A stretch of 58,324 nt of DNA, the filler included, from Circinaria calcarea (Eukaryota): the NCBI GenBank assembly GCA_051942165.1. It is 5 parts of 5 records of this genome, joined end to end, with 100 filler letters (N's around TTAATTAATTAA, not from the genome) between each part and the next. Parts side by side here need not be neighbours in the genome. Positions count along the whole stretch, not along the records: positions 11,697 to 23,292 come from JAVECS010000663.1; positions 23,393 to 34,978 come from JAVECS010000665.1; 3 more parts are not named here. One strand, written 5' to 3'. The translations under genes and the position numbers were made by a program. The notes under the pieces were generated by a model. It did not search any database. It was not told the DNA's origin and saw only the letters and a list, made by a program, of their open reading frames with translations. Positions 13,949 to 26,688 of this stretch are shown here, in pieces. Positions within the stretch are counted from its first letter, which is position 1, and every line of letters begins with the position of its first letter.

Positions 13949-14785
13949 GATGGCAGGATCGTAGACTTTCCCGGCATGACTGTTGGCAAATGGTAACAGT
14001 CAGTCCCCGATTCCGTCGTGATTCGATTCACCTTGCCAGGCAGACAGGAGATGAGGGGCAAATACCGATTCTGCATTGCGTCGGCCGGATCCAGAGTTAC
14101 CCTCTTGACCCGATAAGAATCCATGTGTGCAATTTGCAAGCGAATGTGTGTGGCAAAAGCGACGAAAGCGATCGTCCATACAGCAGTGTAACGAGTGTCG
14201 GGATGTTTAGATGGATAGCGAAGGTCGAGGGTCGAAAGGCAAAGGTATGGAGTATGGGAAGTAGGTAGCACGAAGGATGGAGCTGAAGGCAGCAAATGAA
14301 AAATGCGGACCGGGAAGCCGAAAGCCGAGTGAGCCACAAGCGCCACACTCCACTGCCAGGGGTCGACAAAACTTGCCACAAGCAGCCGTTTTTTCAATCT
14401 TTCCGGATTTGGTCGGTGGCTCGGTCGTGAAGCAAAAAAGGGAATCGTGTGGGACCGTGAGCTCATGGGCGTCAGGGATAGACCGATAGTGTCCGGCCTG
14501 TCAAAACAAACGGCTAACTACATACCGCTGTGGTGACGGTTATCTTTTGATCGTACAGTGCCCATCACCGTCGAAATATGATGAGGATAAGGAGAAGCCG
14601 AAGGGGACCTCGACGAGAAATGCATGATCATGAGCGCGAAGAAGCTCCCATTCAAGTAGCTGTCCATCGACTGCACCGTCACACTTCTACGCAACCAACA
14701 GACACCAGCACCGCCGAGTGGATTGGTCATCCTTCCATGTATATACCAACTAAGCAGGGTTGCGCCAGTACACCAGAGATCCTAG

Positions 14786-16463
14786 TCACGAAGAAGCCAT
14801 CAACCGCCTCAGCGTCAGAACTTCATGCTTGGTCACAAACACGCCGTTGCCAGCAGCCCCGTCCTTTGCAGCGCCCGCCGTGCTCCCGCATCCGTCTTCA
14901 AGGTTCCCGTCTGGAAGCGCTGCAGTCTCCATGGCATCCACCAGATCTCGCACTCTCCCCCCCTCCCACTCGCCCTTGCCGTTGGTCCAAAAGACGCGTT
15001 TGATGCCGACAAAGTGCATATAGGAGACGCACCGGTAGCATGGACGCGACGGGCTGGCCGAGGCTTGCTCTTGGATTGGTTCCGCTAGTGAAGACAACTT
15101 ACAATTGATTTTAGGAAACCGTAGCTCGTCATGTAGAGAGCCTGATGGTGGTATGCGGTCCGGTGGATTGACAGAATCGGCGTTATCCGCCTGCTGCAAC
15201 GCAGAATAGTCGAAGCTAGTTTCGCTTTCGGCTGGAGCAGTCGGTACAGCTCGCTTGCTCCAACCAAGACGTGCAACATACAGGTCTGCTCCTCGGAGAC
15301 GGGAATCCTTCATTCTCTCAGTAACACTGTGAGCTTTCGTTGCCACGCGAGCATGAGGTATGAGAATAGCCCCGGAGGCCTTTGAGGGCTTTCCAATAGC
15401 AGTAGTATTGCCGTACATCTGTCAAACTGTTAGCCATTGATAGATAGTTATCGAACACATCTTGTTTACAACAGAGGCAACAGTTTTAAGATTTCGCCGA
15501 TCTCTAGTAGCCAAAGGAACCTTAGTACGAGGTACAGCAAGTGGCGAGACACATCCTTTGCTCGACAAACTTTGGGAAGGATCGTCCATCCCCGCTTCAA
15601 ACAAAGATTGTTGTTGTTGTATTTGTCCATGGTTGGAACCGCGGTGGTGGACACGATGCTGATACTGCTGCTGGTGTTGATACACATGCCGCTTCCCTCC
15701 ACGTTCTTTCTCTGCACTGTTTAAGAGATTCGGCCGCACCTCCCCCCTGTCCTCCTCCCTGTCCTCCTCGTTGCACACCTCCTCGTTGTCCTTGACTACG
15801 TTGATTTGTGGAGTCTCCAAAGCTCCACTCTTGAACCTGCAACTTGCCACCGTGGGAACCGCCAGCTGTTGCCTGGTCGCCTGAACTCTGGGCCAGGACT
15901 GCTTGCTCGCCGCAGGCCGCCTCGACGTAGGCTTTGAGACCTCGTAGTCGTAGCTGTCGTTTACCACAACCCGGTAGTTTGCGGCACGATTTTTCCAACC
16001 ACCTGGCAGAGCGTGCTGAGCCCTGAGAAGCCCAGCTCCCCGACAATGAAAGCGCCGAGTGAATAGCCATTATCTCCGAATGCATTGAGAGCGGCGTATT
16101 GGCCAGATGTCTAGATTCACCGCTGCTTGCTACAGCAGGGTCTTCGAAAGGGGTGAAGGTACTGTTGGGTTCGGGCTGTTGCCCCCTCAGCTCTCCGTAT
16201 GATGCCTTCCCGGCCTTCCGAGACTTGCGCTTCTGTCTTTGCTTCTGCTTTAACGCGGCGATCGCTGCACCATCTAGAGTGCCGGAGGAAGCCAGCTGGC
16301 CGGTCTTGAGCGCGCCGCCATTGAATCCGGGGCGGTAATGGTTATATCCCTGCCCAATCACCTTCCCGCCACTGACAACGATGGAGCCATGACAATAATG
16401 CAGAGGAGATTTGGATGCCTGCTCGAGGCAGAGGGACAAGTAGAAGTCAGTGCGCGGAGACAT
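14786..16463 (-). CDS. Zn-dependent cytidine/dCMP-deaminase-fold protein; HxE and PCxxC motifs lie in different reading frames
   Basis: HGSIVVSGGKVIGQGYN and SMHSEIMAI in ORF 15597-16463; ADLYVARLG and SRPCYRCVSYMHFVGIKRVFWT in ORF 14786-15418; probable intron 15419-15469. Confidence 0.8.
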
Positions 16464-17275
16464 TTTGCCGGTCGAATTTTGGATGATGATGGTCAGGATT
16501 ATCTTCTGGGAGTGTTTTCAACGACGTGAAGTGGGTTCCTCTCTGTTGAACTCTGTTTCTACGCTTAGTTGCGGAAAGATGTGAAAGGCCCTTTTTTGAA
16601 GACAAGATGATTACTGCTTGTTAATTCACAGGGGTAGAAAGGTAAAAGTTTTCTCGCCTATAGGATTTGGGAGGTCACCAGAGCCGGCTAAGGTGCAGTA
16701 TTTTGGCTTTACTCCGTAGGTTAAAGTATCAATCGGATGGCATCAAACAAGATGTCCGGACTACCACAATACTGTTATTAAGTTCGTCCACGACATGCCT
16801 CTGGGACTGCAGGGAAATAGATTTTCAGCTATCACAGCGAGACAGAGTTGATTCATAACTAATTGGGAGTATTTTTGAGCATCCTCCCTTGCAATTTATG
16901 CACTACACATAAAGTGCTTTTGGAGACGACGAGCTTGCGCATGTACAGTAGCCCGTCGTCGCTGCATTCGCCTCACTGCGCGGTAATGATGCAGCTATCA
17001 CCCATGCGCCGCCAATGCATCGTCGTTATCCGCATCGCTCATAACCAAACAGTATCTTCATGTGCACATCGAAGAGCCCGCGGACGCCATAAGCCCTGCA
17101 CCATCAGCCAAAGCAACTACCACAATGCCGCCAAATAAGAGCAACCGCTTAAAAGCAGAAGAATGTAAGTTCGCACATGTCCAGAGTTGCTAGAGGTGTC
17201 CAACAGAAACGAGTTTGTCATTGGGCGTGAATTATCGGATGAACAACTCAAAGGCATGCTAGGGAAACAGTTCGG

Positions 17276-20167
17276 TCAGTCATCAAAATTGCTGTTGTTG
17301 AATACACCCTCCTCAGCGCTGCTGGTTTTGATGATACCGCTCATCCGTTCGCCCCTGGAACCCTTGGCGTCGAACGCCTGGCTCCAGTTGTCATCATCTT
17401 CCTTTTCGTCTTCCTCCATCTTCTCCAAGTCGTGGGACTTGAAGTGCTCCTCAATGTTGCTCTCGTCGACGAAAGTAAAGCCCTTAAAGTTTGCTTGCAT
17501 ACCCGGCGACAGTGGCGTCGAGGCAGGCATAACGCCTGTAGCGAGCGCGGTAGCTCTGGCATTCAATGAGGACGATGTTTGGAGTGCGTTTGTGAATTCG
17601 GGGTCGAAGTTTGAGGTATCGAGTACTGACTTCAATTTGGGCTTAAACGGTGGTACAACCATTTTTTTGATTAACGCCGTCCAGTCAATGTCCGAGAAGA
17701 ACGGATGAGCCTTGAGCTCCTCTGCATCGTTGATTGCCCCCAATCGATGCTTGGGGTTACGATTCAATAATCCTTTAACGAAATTGCGTCCTTCTGTACT
17801 CAGGGCATCCCGAGGGAATCGCACCTTTCCAAACGCAATATTCTTGTACATCTGTTGGGTGTCCTCGGCGTAGAAGGGACTCCATCCGCAGCACATCTCG
17901 AAAACCAATACACCGAGCGACCAAAAATCAACCATCGTTGTATAGCCTTGTTCGTCAAGAAGGACCTCGGGTGCCAAGTACTCGGTTGTTCCACAAAAGG
18001 TGTTCGTTGTATCATTTTTAGTAAGATTTGCCTTCGATAAGCCAAAATCGCACAGCGCAATGTGACCGTTGGCATCCAGTAGGATGTTTTCCGGCTTTAA
18101 GTCTCGGTAGACAATGTCGTGCTGGTGAAGATGTTGTAAGGCCAAGATGAGCTCGGCAATGTAAAACTTTGCACGCGCCTCGTTGAACCTACCCTCTTTC
18201 TGCAGATGCCAGAATAGTTCTCCACCTGACATGAAGTCGGTGACAAGGTAAAGGTCGGTAGGAGTCTGGAAAGAAAATTTCAAGCCAACGATGAAAGGCG
18301 AATCGGCCATGGCTGTACGGACAAGGATGTTTCGCTCGCCTAGAGTATGAGCCACTTCCTTTTTCTGTACGATAACCTTTTTGGATAGCACCTTCATAGC
18401 ATATATTCTCTGGGTATCTCTCTTTCTCACTTGATAAACCTGTCCGAAGGTTCCTTGTACGCCCATCAGTATACTACTAAACTTGATAAATGTTATTCGG
18501 GCATACCTTTGCCAATCAGTTTCAGTATCTGGAAGTCTTCCGGCCCGTAATGCTTCTTGTTGACCTTCCGAAAATGCAGTTCCAGATGAATTTCACCTAT
18601 AACCGTTTCCTCTTGTGCGTCTCGTGGTTCCAATTTGAACCAGCCTGCGAGCTTGGTGTTATCCTCACTAACGTTAGGCGACATTTTGACATGACCGAGA
18701 AAGGCTTCTTGGTTCGAACGATCGTAAATATAGATATCAATATCAGACTGTTTACCAATCACATCACTGATTGGTAGGTCAATACTGTACGAAGCTTAGA
18801 CTTAGGCAGGACACTCACAACGTCGCTTCGTGCTCCCATTTGGGGTCGGTCACTTGTCTCCCATTTTTGAAGTTCTTCTGGTCGGAGAGACTAGTGGTGC
18901 TGCTCTGTCGACTTTTCATTCGAATGGCCATCGATTTCCCCATATCACTACCCGAGCGCTTTATGGGAACACCCCCGAAACCATCATCCCGGATTTTGTG
19001 ATTGTTGCTTTCGACTTCAGTCTCTTCTTGTTTTGGACCCTTTGATATGTACTCATTCCACTCAAAGACACAAACAACGTATGGGTCATAACTTGGGCGG
19101 AGACCCCGAGCCTGAGATATCTTGACTGATAGTTTGCCCTTTGGCGGTCCTACTTCAGGAGTGGTACTGGAGACTTGTTTAGTATTCGAGCCATCTGCCT
19201 TCATAGTGTGGTGGTTGGGAGATGTGGAAACTGAATCCTCTGGTGGGGATAATGTTGGATTGGGATTTGAGGCTGGAGGTTTATGAATAGTGTCGGCGGT
19301 GTTGTTTGATAGAGTGCGAGGTGTGTGTGGAGGTGTGTTCTTTTGACGCGGCGGTGCCGCCACGCTGTCAGTTAGCTTTGCCAACTCATTATAAGACGAT
19401 GTCAAAGAGGAAAAAGCAGAGATCTGAGGGGAGTCGGAACGAGGTGAGGTGGGCGCAGTAGCTGGTTGCGCACTGACAGGATTTGAGATGTGTGCAGCAT
19501 AAACCGAAGAAGCTGTGACGATACTCGAAAGCGACTTGAGTCCTGCGGTATGACGGCGCGTCCGAAGAGGAATGACATCCGCTACCGACTGCTGTCGTCC
19601 AAGCGGATGACGATCGGCGACCGGGTCATTCATTGAACGCGCTGTACTCGCACTCGTCACGCCTTTTTCCACTTCCTTCTCTTTCTGGATGAACGAAGAA
19701 GAGCTTGAAAGGGGGGGAGTCGGGAACAAAGGCAGTATTGAGTTTCCGGTTGTAGCTTTCCAATCCACCCCACCCAGACGCTCGTGGGGTAACAATGGTA
19801 GAGTATGCTCCTCTCCATCATCCTCATCCCCCTTGGGCGAGCTAGGAGCAGTAGGAAGTGCAACACCAGCAGCCTTGTATTGCCCGTGACGTTCCGGTGA
19901 ATGCCCACCAGATCCCGCGTCAAGGGCAGGGTTGGCAAGGGCAGCACAGTTGTCGGGTGCGATGAGATTAGAAGTAGAGTTGTCACCAACCTGTCCAAAG
20001 TATCCATGCATTATGCCTGGCAGGCGCTTGTCTGATGGGTCTGGACGGGGTGTTGCAGCGCCTGAAGGTGTTGCGCTGCTGGAACCGATGTGATCGTGAG
20101 TGTCTTCCTCCGATTTACTAGAATCATAGCCAGTGTTGTTAGATACCATTTCCCCAGATTGTACCAA
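17276..20167 (-). CDS. SCH9: AGC-family Ser/Thr kinase Sch9/Sck1 with C2 domain (3 exons)
   Basis: GKGTFGQV, YAMKVLSKK, YRDLKPEN, DFGLSK, TFCGTTEYLAPE, hydrophobic motif FKGFTFV; C2-like region GKLSVKISQARGLRPSYDPYVVCVFEW; introns near 18455-18505 and 18755-18818. Confidence 0.95.
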
Positions 20168-21848
20168 GAATGTAGATTTGGTCCTTCAAGTCTGCACCGG
20201 CTCGAACAGAGAGCGGAGGCGCCAAAGGGAACAATTGGGGATTGACAACCCCGAAAGAAACTGGAGCACCAATGGCAGAGAAGAGGGGGAGAGATGACAA
20301 GATGCGCCGCCCAAGTAGAGTCGAGAAGAGAATATTTACAAGCGGATTACGGATGCTGAGAGTTGGGCAACGGGTTGTGTTGAGAACTTGCTTGCAAGTC
20401 TGGAAGGGTTCTAGAACGACCCTGATTTCCACGACTACCCGGTAGCCTCTGCAGGGGTGTTACAGCGAACAGCCCTGTGGGTGGCTCATGATTCCAGAGC
20501 AGGCACGTGAAAGACACCTCTGCTCTTTATCGAAAGCCCATAGGCGGGAACTGGCAGGAGCGAAGAGGGTGGCAAAAGGTCGAGCGAACAGGAAGTGACG
20601 CCCGAAACCGCCCGTCTCCCCCCGGGGCTATCAACTGCCCATGAGCAGATCGCTTTACCACGCCGACTTCACGAGAAAGCGGAGATAACGAGACATCCAA
20701 AGGAACTCAAGCTGGTGAAAGCTTACCTGCTCTCGTGCAGCAGCGCACGCCTTAACAGATCCGCTGCCGTGTACGGATTGAGACTGTGGGTATCGTGGAC
20801 ATCGCGTTGTGTATTCATGGTGAAAGACGGCTTTGGGGGATACTTGCCCAGCCACCGAATTGTGTCTGTGTCGTAGCGCTTGTATGTCGGTCCAGCGGAT
20901 GAAAAGGTCGTTATGCCGTGTACGGAGCTTCGCGCCTTGATAGGAACGATTCCCGCGGCTGAAGATTGTCAAAGTAGTCCTAGTCGCGATGTTGCGGTTT
21001 GGTTAGTATTCATATGGACTGTGACTGAGAGTCGGCAAGGTGTGAAGGATGGATTAAATACACTCCTCGAGCGTGTCAAGAGCTAAATGGATATCCTCGG
21101 CTGCAACACTGAACGCTTAGATGTTTGCAGTAAAAGATTGCACTCTGCCTCACTCAGGTACACGATGTTCGCCGCAGAAGAGAGCGTAAGCCTCTTTCCC
21201 CTCCCGGGGCCCTTCACCTTTGGAATACGTCAGTGTACCTAAGCTTAGGCACACATCACCCTCTGAAGCTTTCCGATTTGATGCTTGGATCATCAAACTA
21301 TTGTACAGTGATGCATACTCGATGGCTTCGACCGGAGGATTTGGCGCTACGTAGGGCGGTCTACCTACTCGAGATAAAGATATCAGATTCGTGACGGAGA
21401 TAATCTCCACCATTCAAAGGTTGTAGGACCTGGAAGAACAAAGCACATGATCTGAATGTAGTTCTACTCACCCAATCGCTTGACAGCCTCGTATCGATCC
21501 GTGATAGTCTTATGCTTTCTGTCTATGGCAGTCCAACACATGTAACGACCCGACCAAAGACAACCTCCATCTATTAACCGAAATGCTCCTACTCCGCTTC
21601 AGCCCAATCCCCCTCCATACATCCGGATGCGGAAAAACAAACCGGCAATTTAGACTCAATAGCCGCCCCGCGTTGTGGGTCCGGGCGTCAGTAGACGAAT
21701 GTCCAAATGCTCTTGATTTCGTAGATGATCGTAGAAAGACCAAGTCGACCAAAGTAAGGCCAAACGTCCACTTCAGCTAGTACTAGCAAAACCAATGACG
21801 GCTACTTTTTTGAGTTAAGCCACCAATCATAAGCTTGAAGCACCACGT

Positions 21849-23292
21849 ATGGCGCGGAGGGCTCGTGGTGGTGGTCGAGCAGTAGCTCGCGGCGCGTCAA
21901 CGTCTATGAGTATGTGGACGCTTGTGTAGACGCGTGAATTGTCGATGGATCGCTCATTTTGATATAGGGACACCGACGCCTCATTCGATCGATGTATCTG
22001 ATGAAGAAATGCAGGATGCGCCACAGTCAGGCCAAGTGACACCTCAAGATGAGGAAGTTGAGGAGCAGGAGGAGGACCTTGCAGAGGAAGATGATGAGGA
22101 AGGCCCGACAGTATCGGCCAACGATTCGGAATTGCCTTCACGCAACACTACCCCGGCTCGTGGGCAATCATCGATTCCCCGAAAGCGTCGTGCTGGTAGA
22201 CCTCCTAAAGTTCGACCTCATGATTGGGATGCCCTGGATGAAAATGAGTCTAGGGATGGAGCATCAGATAGGGGCACACCTAAGAAACGAGGTGGCTGGC
22301 GCGGTCGTGGCTTTGGCGGTGGAAGATGGGGGAAGTCACGAGGAGGACCTTCACACGTTTCGCAGGTACCCCTTGACAAGGAAGGAAATATGGCCAACGT
22401 CAAAGATGATGAGGTCGAACTGCCGGAAGATCCCGAGGGTGAAACAAAAGTCAGTAAGATGGGGGTTCTGCAGGGAGGCCGTGAATATCGGGTTAGAGTT
22501 TTCACCATTCAAGGCAAAGGAGATCGACTTTACATGCTTTCAACTGAACCTGCCCGATGCATTGGTTTTCGCGACAGTTACTTGTTCTTCCAGAAGCATC
22601 CGCAGTTATTCAAGATAATTCTGCCTGAAGAAGCGAAGCGTGACCTTATCGAACGGCACATCATACCCCACTCATACAAAGGGCGCGCAATTGGCGTAGT
22701 CACTGCTCGCTCCGTCTATCGAGAATTTGGAGCACGCATAATAATCGGTGGCAAGAAGATCATGGACGACTACCAAGTCGCACTGGCCAGAGCCAACGGT
22801 GATGTTGAAGGAGAGCTAGCAGTTCCTAATGATCAGGTTCCTGCCACTGGCACTGGCTATGATAAAAATCGATACGTCGCTTGGCATGGGGCAAGCAGTG
22901 TCTACCATTCTGGCGTTCCAACGGTGCCAGTAGCCAACGGTAAACCAGCAGATGGCAAGAAGCGCAAAGTCCATGTTACTGGAGCCAATTGGATGTTTGA
23001 ACATGCCCGAGAAGCCAGGTATACAAGCGTCCATCTTTACTCAATTCGATATCAAAGCTTACTGATTTGCAGTCGATTCAACTCTGTGCTCACCGCCAAC
23101 CGCCGTCAGAACCTCGAAGGTGTCTATGAGCCTCATACCAACCTCATTCACTACCCCAAGATCATGCAGCCAACGCATGTCCGTTGGGAGCAGCTGCCTA
23201 CGAATACGGAGCAACATGTGCCTGCCGAAGGTCAGATTGCTGATGCCTCTACAAATATTGTCGCTCCTCAGCTCGGTTTCGTCGACAGCCCC
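21849..23292 (+). CDS. NPL6: RSC chromatin-remodelling subunit Npl6/Rsc7 (3' end cut at the contig end)
   Basis: GETKVSKMGVLQGGREYRVRVFT, LYMLSTEPARCIGFRDSYLFFQKH, RAIGVVTARSVYREFGARII, YEPHTNLIHYP; ATG 21849 followed by a GTATGT intron. Confidence 0.9.
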
Positions 23293-23392
23293 NNNNNNNN
23301 NNNNNNNNNNNNNNNNNNNNNNNNNNNNNNNNNNNNTTAATTAATTAANNNNNNNNNNNNNNNNNNNNNNNNNNNNNNNNNNNNNNNNNNNN
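23293..23392. other. Artificial contig linker
   Basis: N44-TTAATTAATTAA-N44. Confidence 0.98.
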
Positions 23393-23735
23393 TCTTTTCC
23401 TATTCTTCGGGCTTAACATTTTTTGTATCCCATTTATAATTCTGATATATCCTGAAACGGCTGGCCGTTCGCTGGAGCAGATGGATACGTTCTTTGAGCA
23501 TGGGGATAGTTGGAATGTGTTCAAGAGTAGTAAGCAGATAAGAGCAAAGGGCATTGAGGATTGGAGGTGGTCCAAGAAGGTGCAGGCGGATGGAAGGGAT
23601 GGGTTGGAGAGCGGGGAAACTGGGAATGGAATGGGCAGGATTCCAGATGAGGACGAGAAAGATAGTGAACTAAGTTGGAGGAAGCGGCCGCTCGGTACAT
23701 TCAGGCGCAAAGCATCGAACGCTGGACTTATGTAG
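23393..23735 (+). CDS. C-terminal fragment of an MFS sugar transporter
   Basis: FFLFFGLNIFCIPFIILIYPETAGRSLEQMDTFF: last TM helix plus PETxGxSLE motif; 5' part cut off by the contig start. Confidence 0.85.
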
Positions 23736-24755
23736 AGATTGGGCCTTTCTTGGGAGACCTATCTTATGCTTGAAGCGGTGGACAGTGGCCATGAACAGTT
23801 TGCTGAGATTGTATCTCACGTAAATCAAATTTTTTGCTTACAAACACATTGCGGTGCCGGTTCCTGGTTCTTTATACAACTACAACCCTGCCAAAGACCG
23901 ATTGGCATTGTGGAGGCCACCAGTACTACGTCTACATAGTACGCGTCTTATAACGCTACTCTTTGACTCAATTTAAAAAGGCTCATAAGAAGGAGATCAT
24001 AGCGGAAGCTGCACTCGGAGGTGTAAGAAACGTCTACAAATGGGGTTGGGCCACCGACTCCAATTGCACTATTTTGGAAGATACATACGATCATCTCTGC
24101 TAACCATAGCTTATCCTTTGTATTCTCAAACCAACAAATACCTCTGCCCCTTCACCCTTCACTTTCCCGTTACATCAAATACTATATCTGTCACTATTCG
24201 AGTCTAGCACAGCCACTGATGGTTGAAAATTCTGTGCGAAAGAAAGGGCGGAGAGGGAGATGAGAGGGTAGCTGCAGATGCTTTGGGACTTACCCTGGAG
24301 GAATTTTGGTTGTCCCCGCCGGGGGGGGGGGGGGCTGCTGGGTGACGGTTTCAACAGAGTGAGTCTCGAGTTTCTATCTTATCCCTTCCCAATCGTCTTC
24401 TTTCAATTAATCATCTGTTCTTCCCATATCAGCCTTCTGTGACTTTCTCCTCAATCGCCCTTTCGTTCCTAAAAAGCAAATGCTCTCAGCGAGCATGCGG
24501 CATCTCATGGTCTACGATGATGCACCGCATTGAAGGCAGACAACATGGGCCGTCGAGAGGAAACAAAAGAACCCACCTCGCATACAAAGAGTTTGTTGTT
24601 TACACCAAAAAGCCAGCCTGACACACAAAGAGCCATTGTTGCTCATACAACAATAAGGGTAATCGACATAAAGAATAACAAGACAGTACAATAGCCTTAT
24701 ATAACAAGGGCAGACCACTTCCCTGGGATTCAGATCTTACAGATACCCTAACAAC

Positions 24756-25772
24756 ATGTCGAACGAATCACCGCTAGACCTCACGTTCGGTGTAGAACTC
24801 GAGTTTATCCTCGGGTACCCGAAATCGTACATCAGTCCCGAACTCCGAGCAGCAAATCTGATTCACGACTTCGAAAACGATGAGTGGGCCATAGTTGCCA
24901 CCCAAGTCTACTTGGCTCTAAAAGCCGCCAACATCCGAGTCACAAGCCCCGATCTCACGCTGACCCACTTGGCTAAACAGGACTATAGCAAATGGAGGGT
25001 CATCGACGACAGCAGCATCTACATCCTTGACGAGATACCATCCACCCAACATCAAGGGGTCGAGATCCCCTCCCGCATCCTCGCCGGCAGCACCGCTCAA
25101 AGCCTTGGAGAAAGCTTGGACGAGATCAGGCAGGTCATCTCCGTCCTCACAACCAATCAACCATGGACGATTAGCACTAACGTCTCCACAGGCCTGCACG
25201 TCCACGTTGGCAACAAAACAGCCGGCTTCCCCCACCGGACCCTCACTAACCTCGCTCAGACGCTCTACGCCTTCGAAAATCAGATCCAGTCCATCCACCC
25301 GGACGAGCGCGTCAACCACTACGACTCCTTGTTCTGCAATCCCATGCGCACTTCCTTTCCCCGTGCCAGGGACGATATTGACAACCTGATCGCCATGCAG
25401 GAATGCCCGACCGTCCTTGCCTTGACCAACACGGCTGCTTCCGGGGGCAAGACCGGCGCATACAGCTTTTCTTCCCTCCGGAAAATGGGTACCATTGAGT
25501 TCCGACAGCACCGGGGCACGATGGACGCGGAGGAGATTTGCGCGTGGGTGGAAGTGGTGACGGGGCTGGTGCAGTGGTCTCACAATGCTCCTTCGGGGGT
25601 GTTGCTGCCGCTGGCGGTGTCGGCGCTGGCGACGGACAAGCGGTTCGGGCTGATGGAACTGCTGAGGGTGATTGGGAAGGAGCATCTGGTGAAGTATTAT
25701 CGCGGGAGAGTTTACGAGAGGGAGACGGTTAAGAGGAAGGGGCGAGGGGGTGGGTTTAAATGGACATGGTAA
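24756..25772 (+). CDS. Putative amidoligase (Amidoligase_2 / COOH-NH2 ligase family), intronless
   Basis: TFGVELEF, WRVIDDSSI, GLHVHVG and TIEFRQHRGT motifs. Confidence 0.85.
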   Translation: MSNESPLDLTFGVELEFILGYPKSYISPELRAANLIHDFENDEWAIVATQVYLALKAANIRVTSPDLTLTHLAKQDYSKWRVIDDSSIYILDEIPSTQHQGVEIPSRILAGSTAQSLGESLDEIRQVISVLTTNQPWTISTNVSTGLHVHVGNKTAGFPHRTLTNLAQTLYAFENQIQSIHPDERVNHYDSLFCNPMRTSFPRARDDIDNLIAMQECPTVLALTNTAASGGKTGAYSFSSLRKMGTIEFRQHRGTMDAEEICAWVEVVTGLVQWSHNAPSGVLLPLAVSALATDKRFGLMELLRVIGKEHLVKYYRGRVYERETVKRKGRGGGFKWTW

Positions 25773-26505
25773 TAAGAATAATATTATATATGAGATCGAA
25801 CATTCTGATACTGACCTCAGAAACTGAGTTTGAACAAAATCATGTAACATAATGAACTGAAAATCAAGATCGGGATCCACCGTCAAATAGAACTAATTCT
25901 CAACCATGTGTACAATAGCTGTAGGCGTGCTCCTACAATATACAATGTTCCTCGTAGAATTCCAGAGTTGAGAACGCTTTAACTACCAGGGGGGCAACCG
26001 ATAGGTGCAGGAGGGATATGCCTGTTAAGAGCATAGCACGTTGAGACGACATTCAATATCGCTTTATTAAAAAGCCTATTCTATCTCCCCCTGTGGTAGG
26101 TCACAATGATACCGCAGTCCCGGCCGCGGCATGCTAAAACCCGCCCAAATTCTTTATGAACACATTCGCTAGATCTGTTGAAGATAGGCTCTGTTATTAT
26201 AGAGGTATTATAAACGTATTGTTGAAGGAGAGATTATATAATACATGCCTATAAAAAAGTATTTTGGAGTTGGTGGGAACAGTATTAATAAATCGCTATC
26301 GAGCGAAATCGGATTATCTAAAAATCCTCCGTAATCTCGATTCTCGGTCCGATATATCCGTATTCCGGTTGAAATTAAATTTTATTTCCGCAATACTGCG
26401 CTGATAATTTAATAAAATATTTTTTAAAATTATTAATTATTATTTAATAGCCCAGATAATTTTTTTAGAAAAGGAGAGATTTCAAAGAGAAAAGGCAAAA
26501 ATATA

Positions 26506-26688
26506 GGGCTGACCTGAGGATCGAACTCAGGACCTCTTACACCCAAAGCAAGAATTCTACCTATAGAGAATTTAGTTTGTGGACCATTTAATGCGCAAGC
26601 AGGAGCTCAGACCACTGAACTAGCCTTAAATCATGTTAGCGTCAATTACTCAAGCACGAAATCTTTTCAATTGAACCACGTACCAGCC
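26506..26688 (-). tRNA. tRNA-Pro(UGG) split into 3 exons (26684-26688, 26613-26624, 26506-26560) by two spliceosomal-type introns (26625-26683, 26561-26612)
   Basis: Joined exons GGCTG+GCTAGTTCAGTG+GTAGAATTCTTGCTTTGGGTGTAAGAGGTCCTGAGTTCGATCCTCAGGTCAGCCC fold into a 72-nt cloverleaf; anticodon TGG at 26545-26543, G37, C73; TTTTT terminator 4 nt downstream. Confidence 0.88.

Noticed and set aside
24321..24334. Poly-G run (and C-runs near 41065-41080 and 41163-41173)
   Set aside because: Simple homopolymers with no supporting context
24918..25886. 322-aa antisense ORF over the amidoligase
   Set aside because: Shadow ORF expected from GC-rich codon bias; no motifs
26506..26560. Reading the locus as a simple 5'-truncated tRNA pseudogene or a canonical 37/38 intron
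   Set aside because: The anticodon arm is uninterrupted, and the missing 17 nt are present upstream in order, exactly bounded by GT...AG segments
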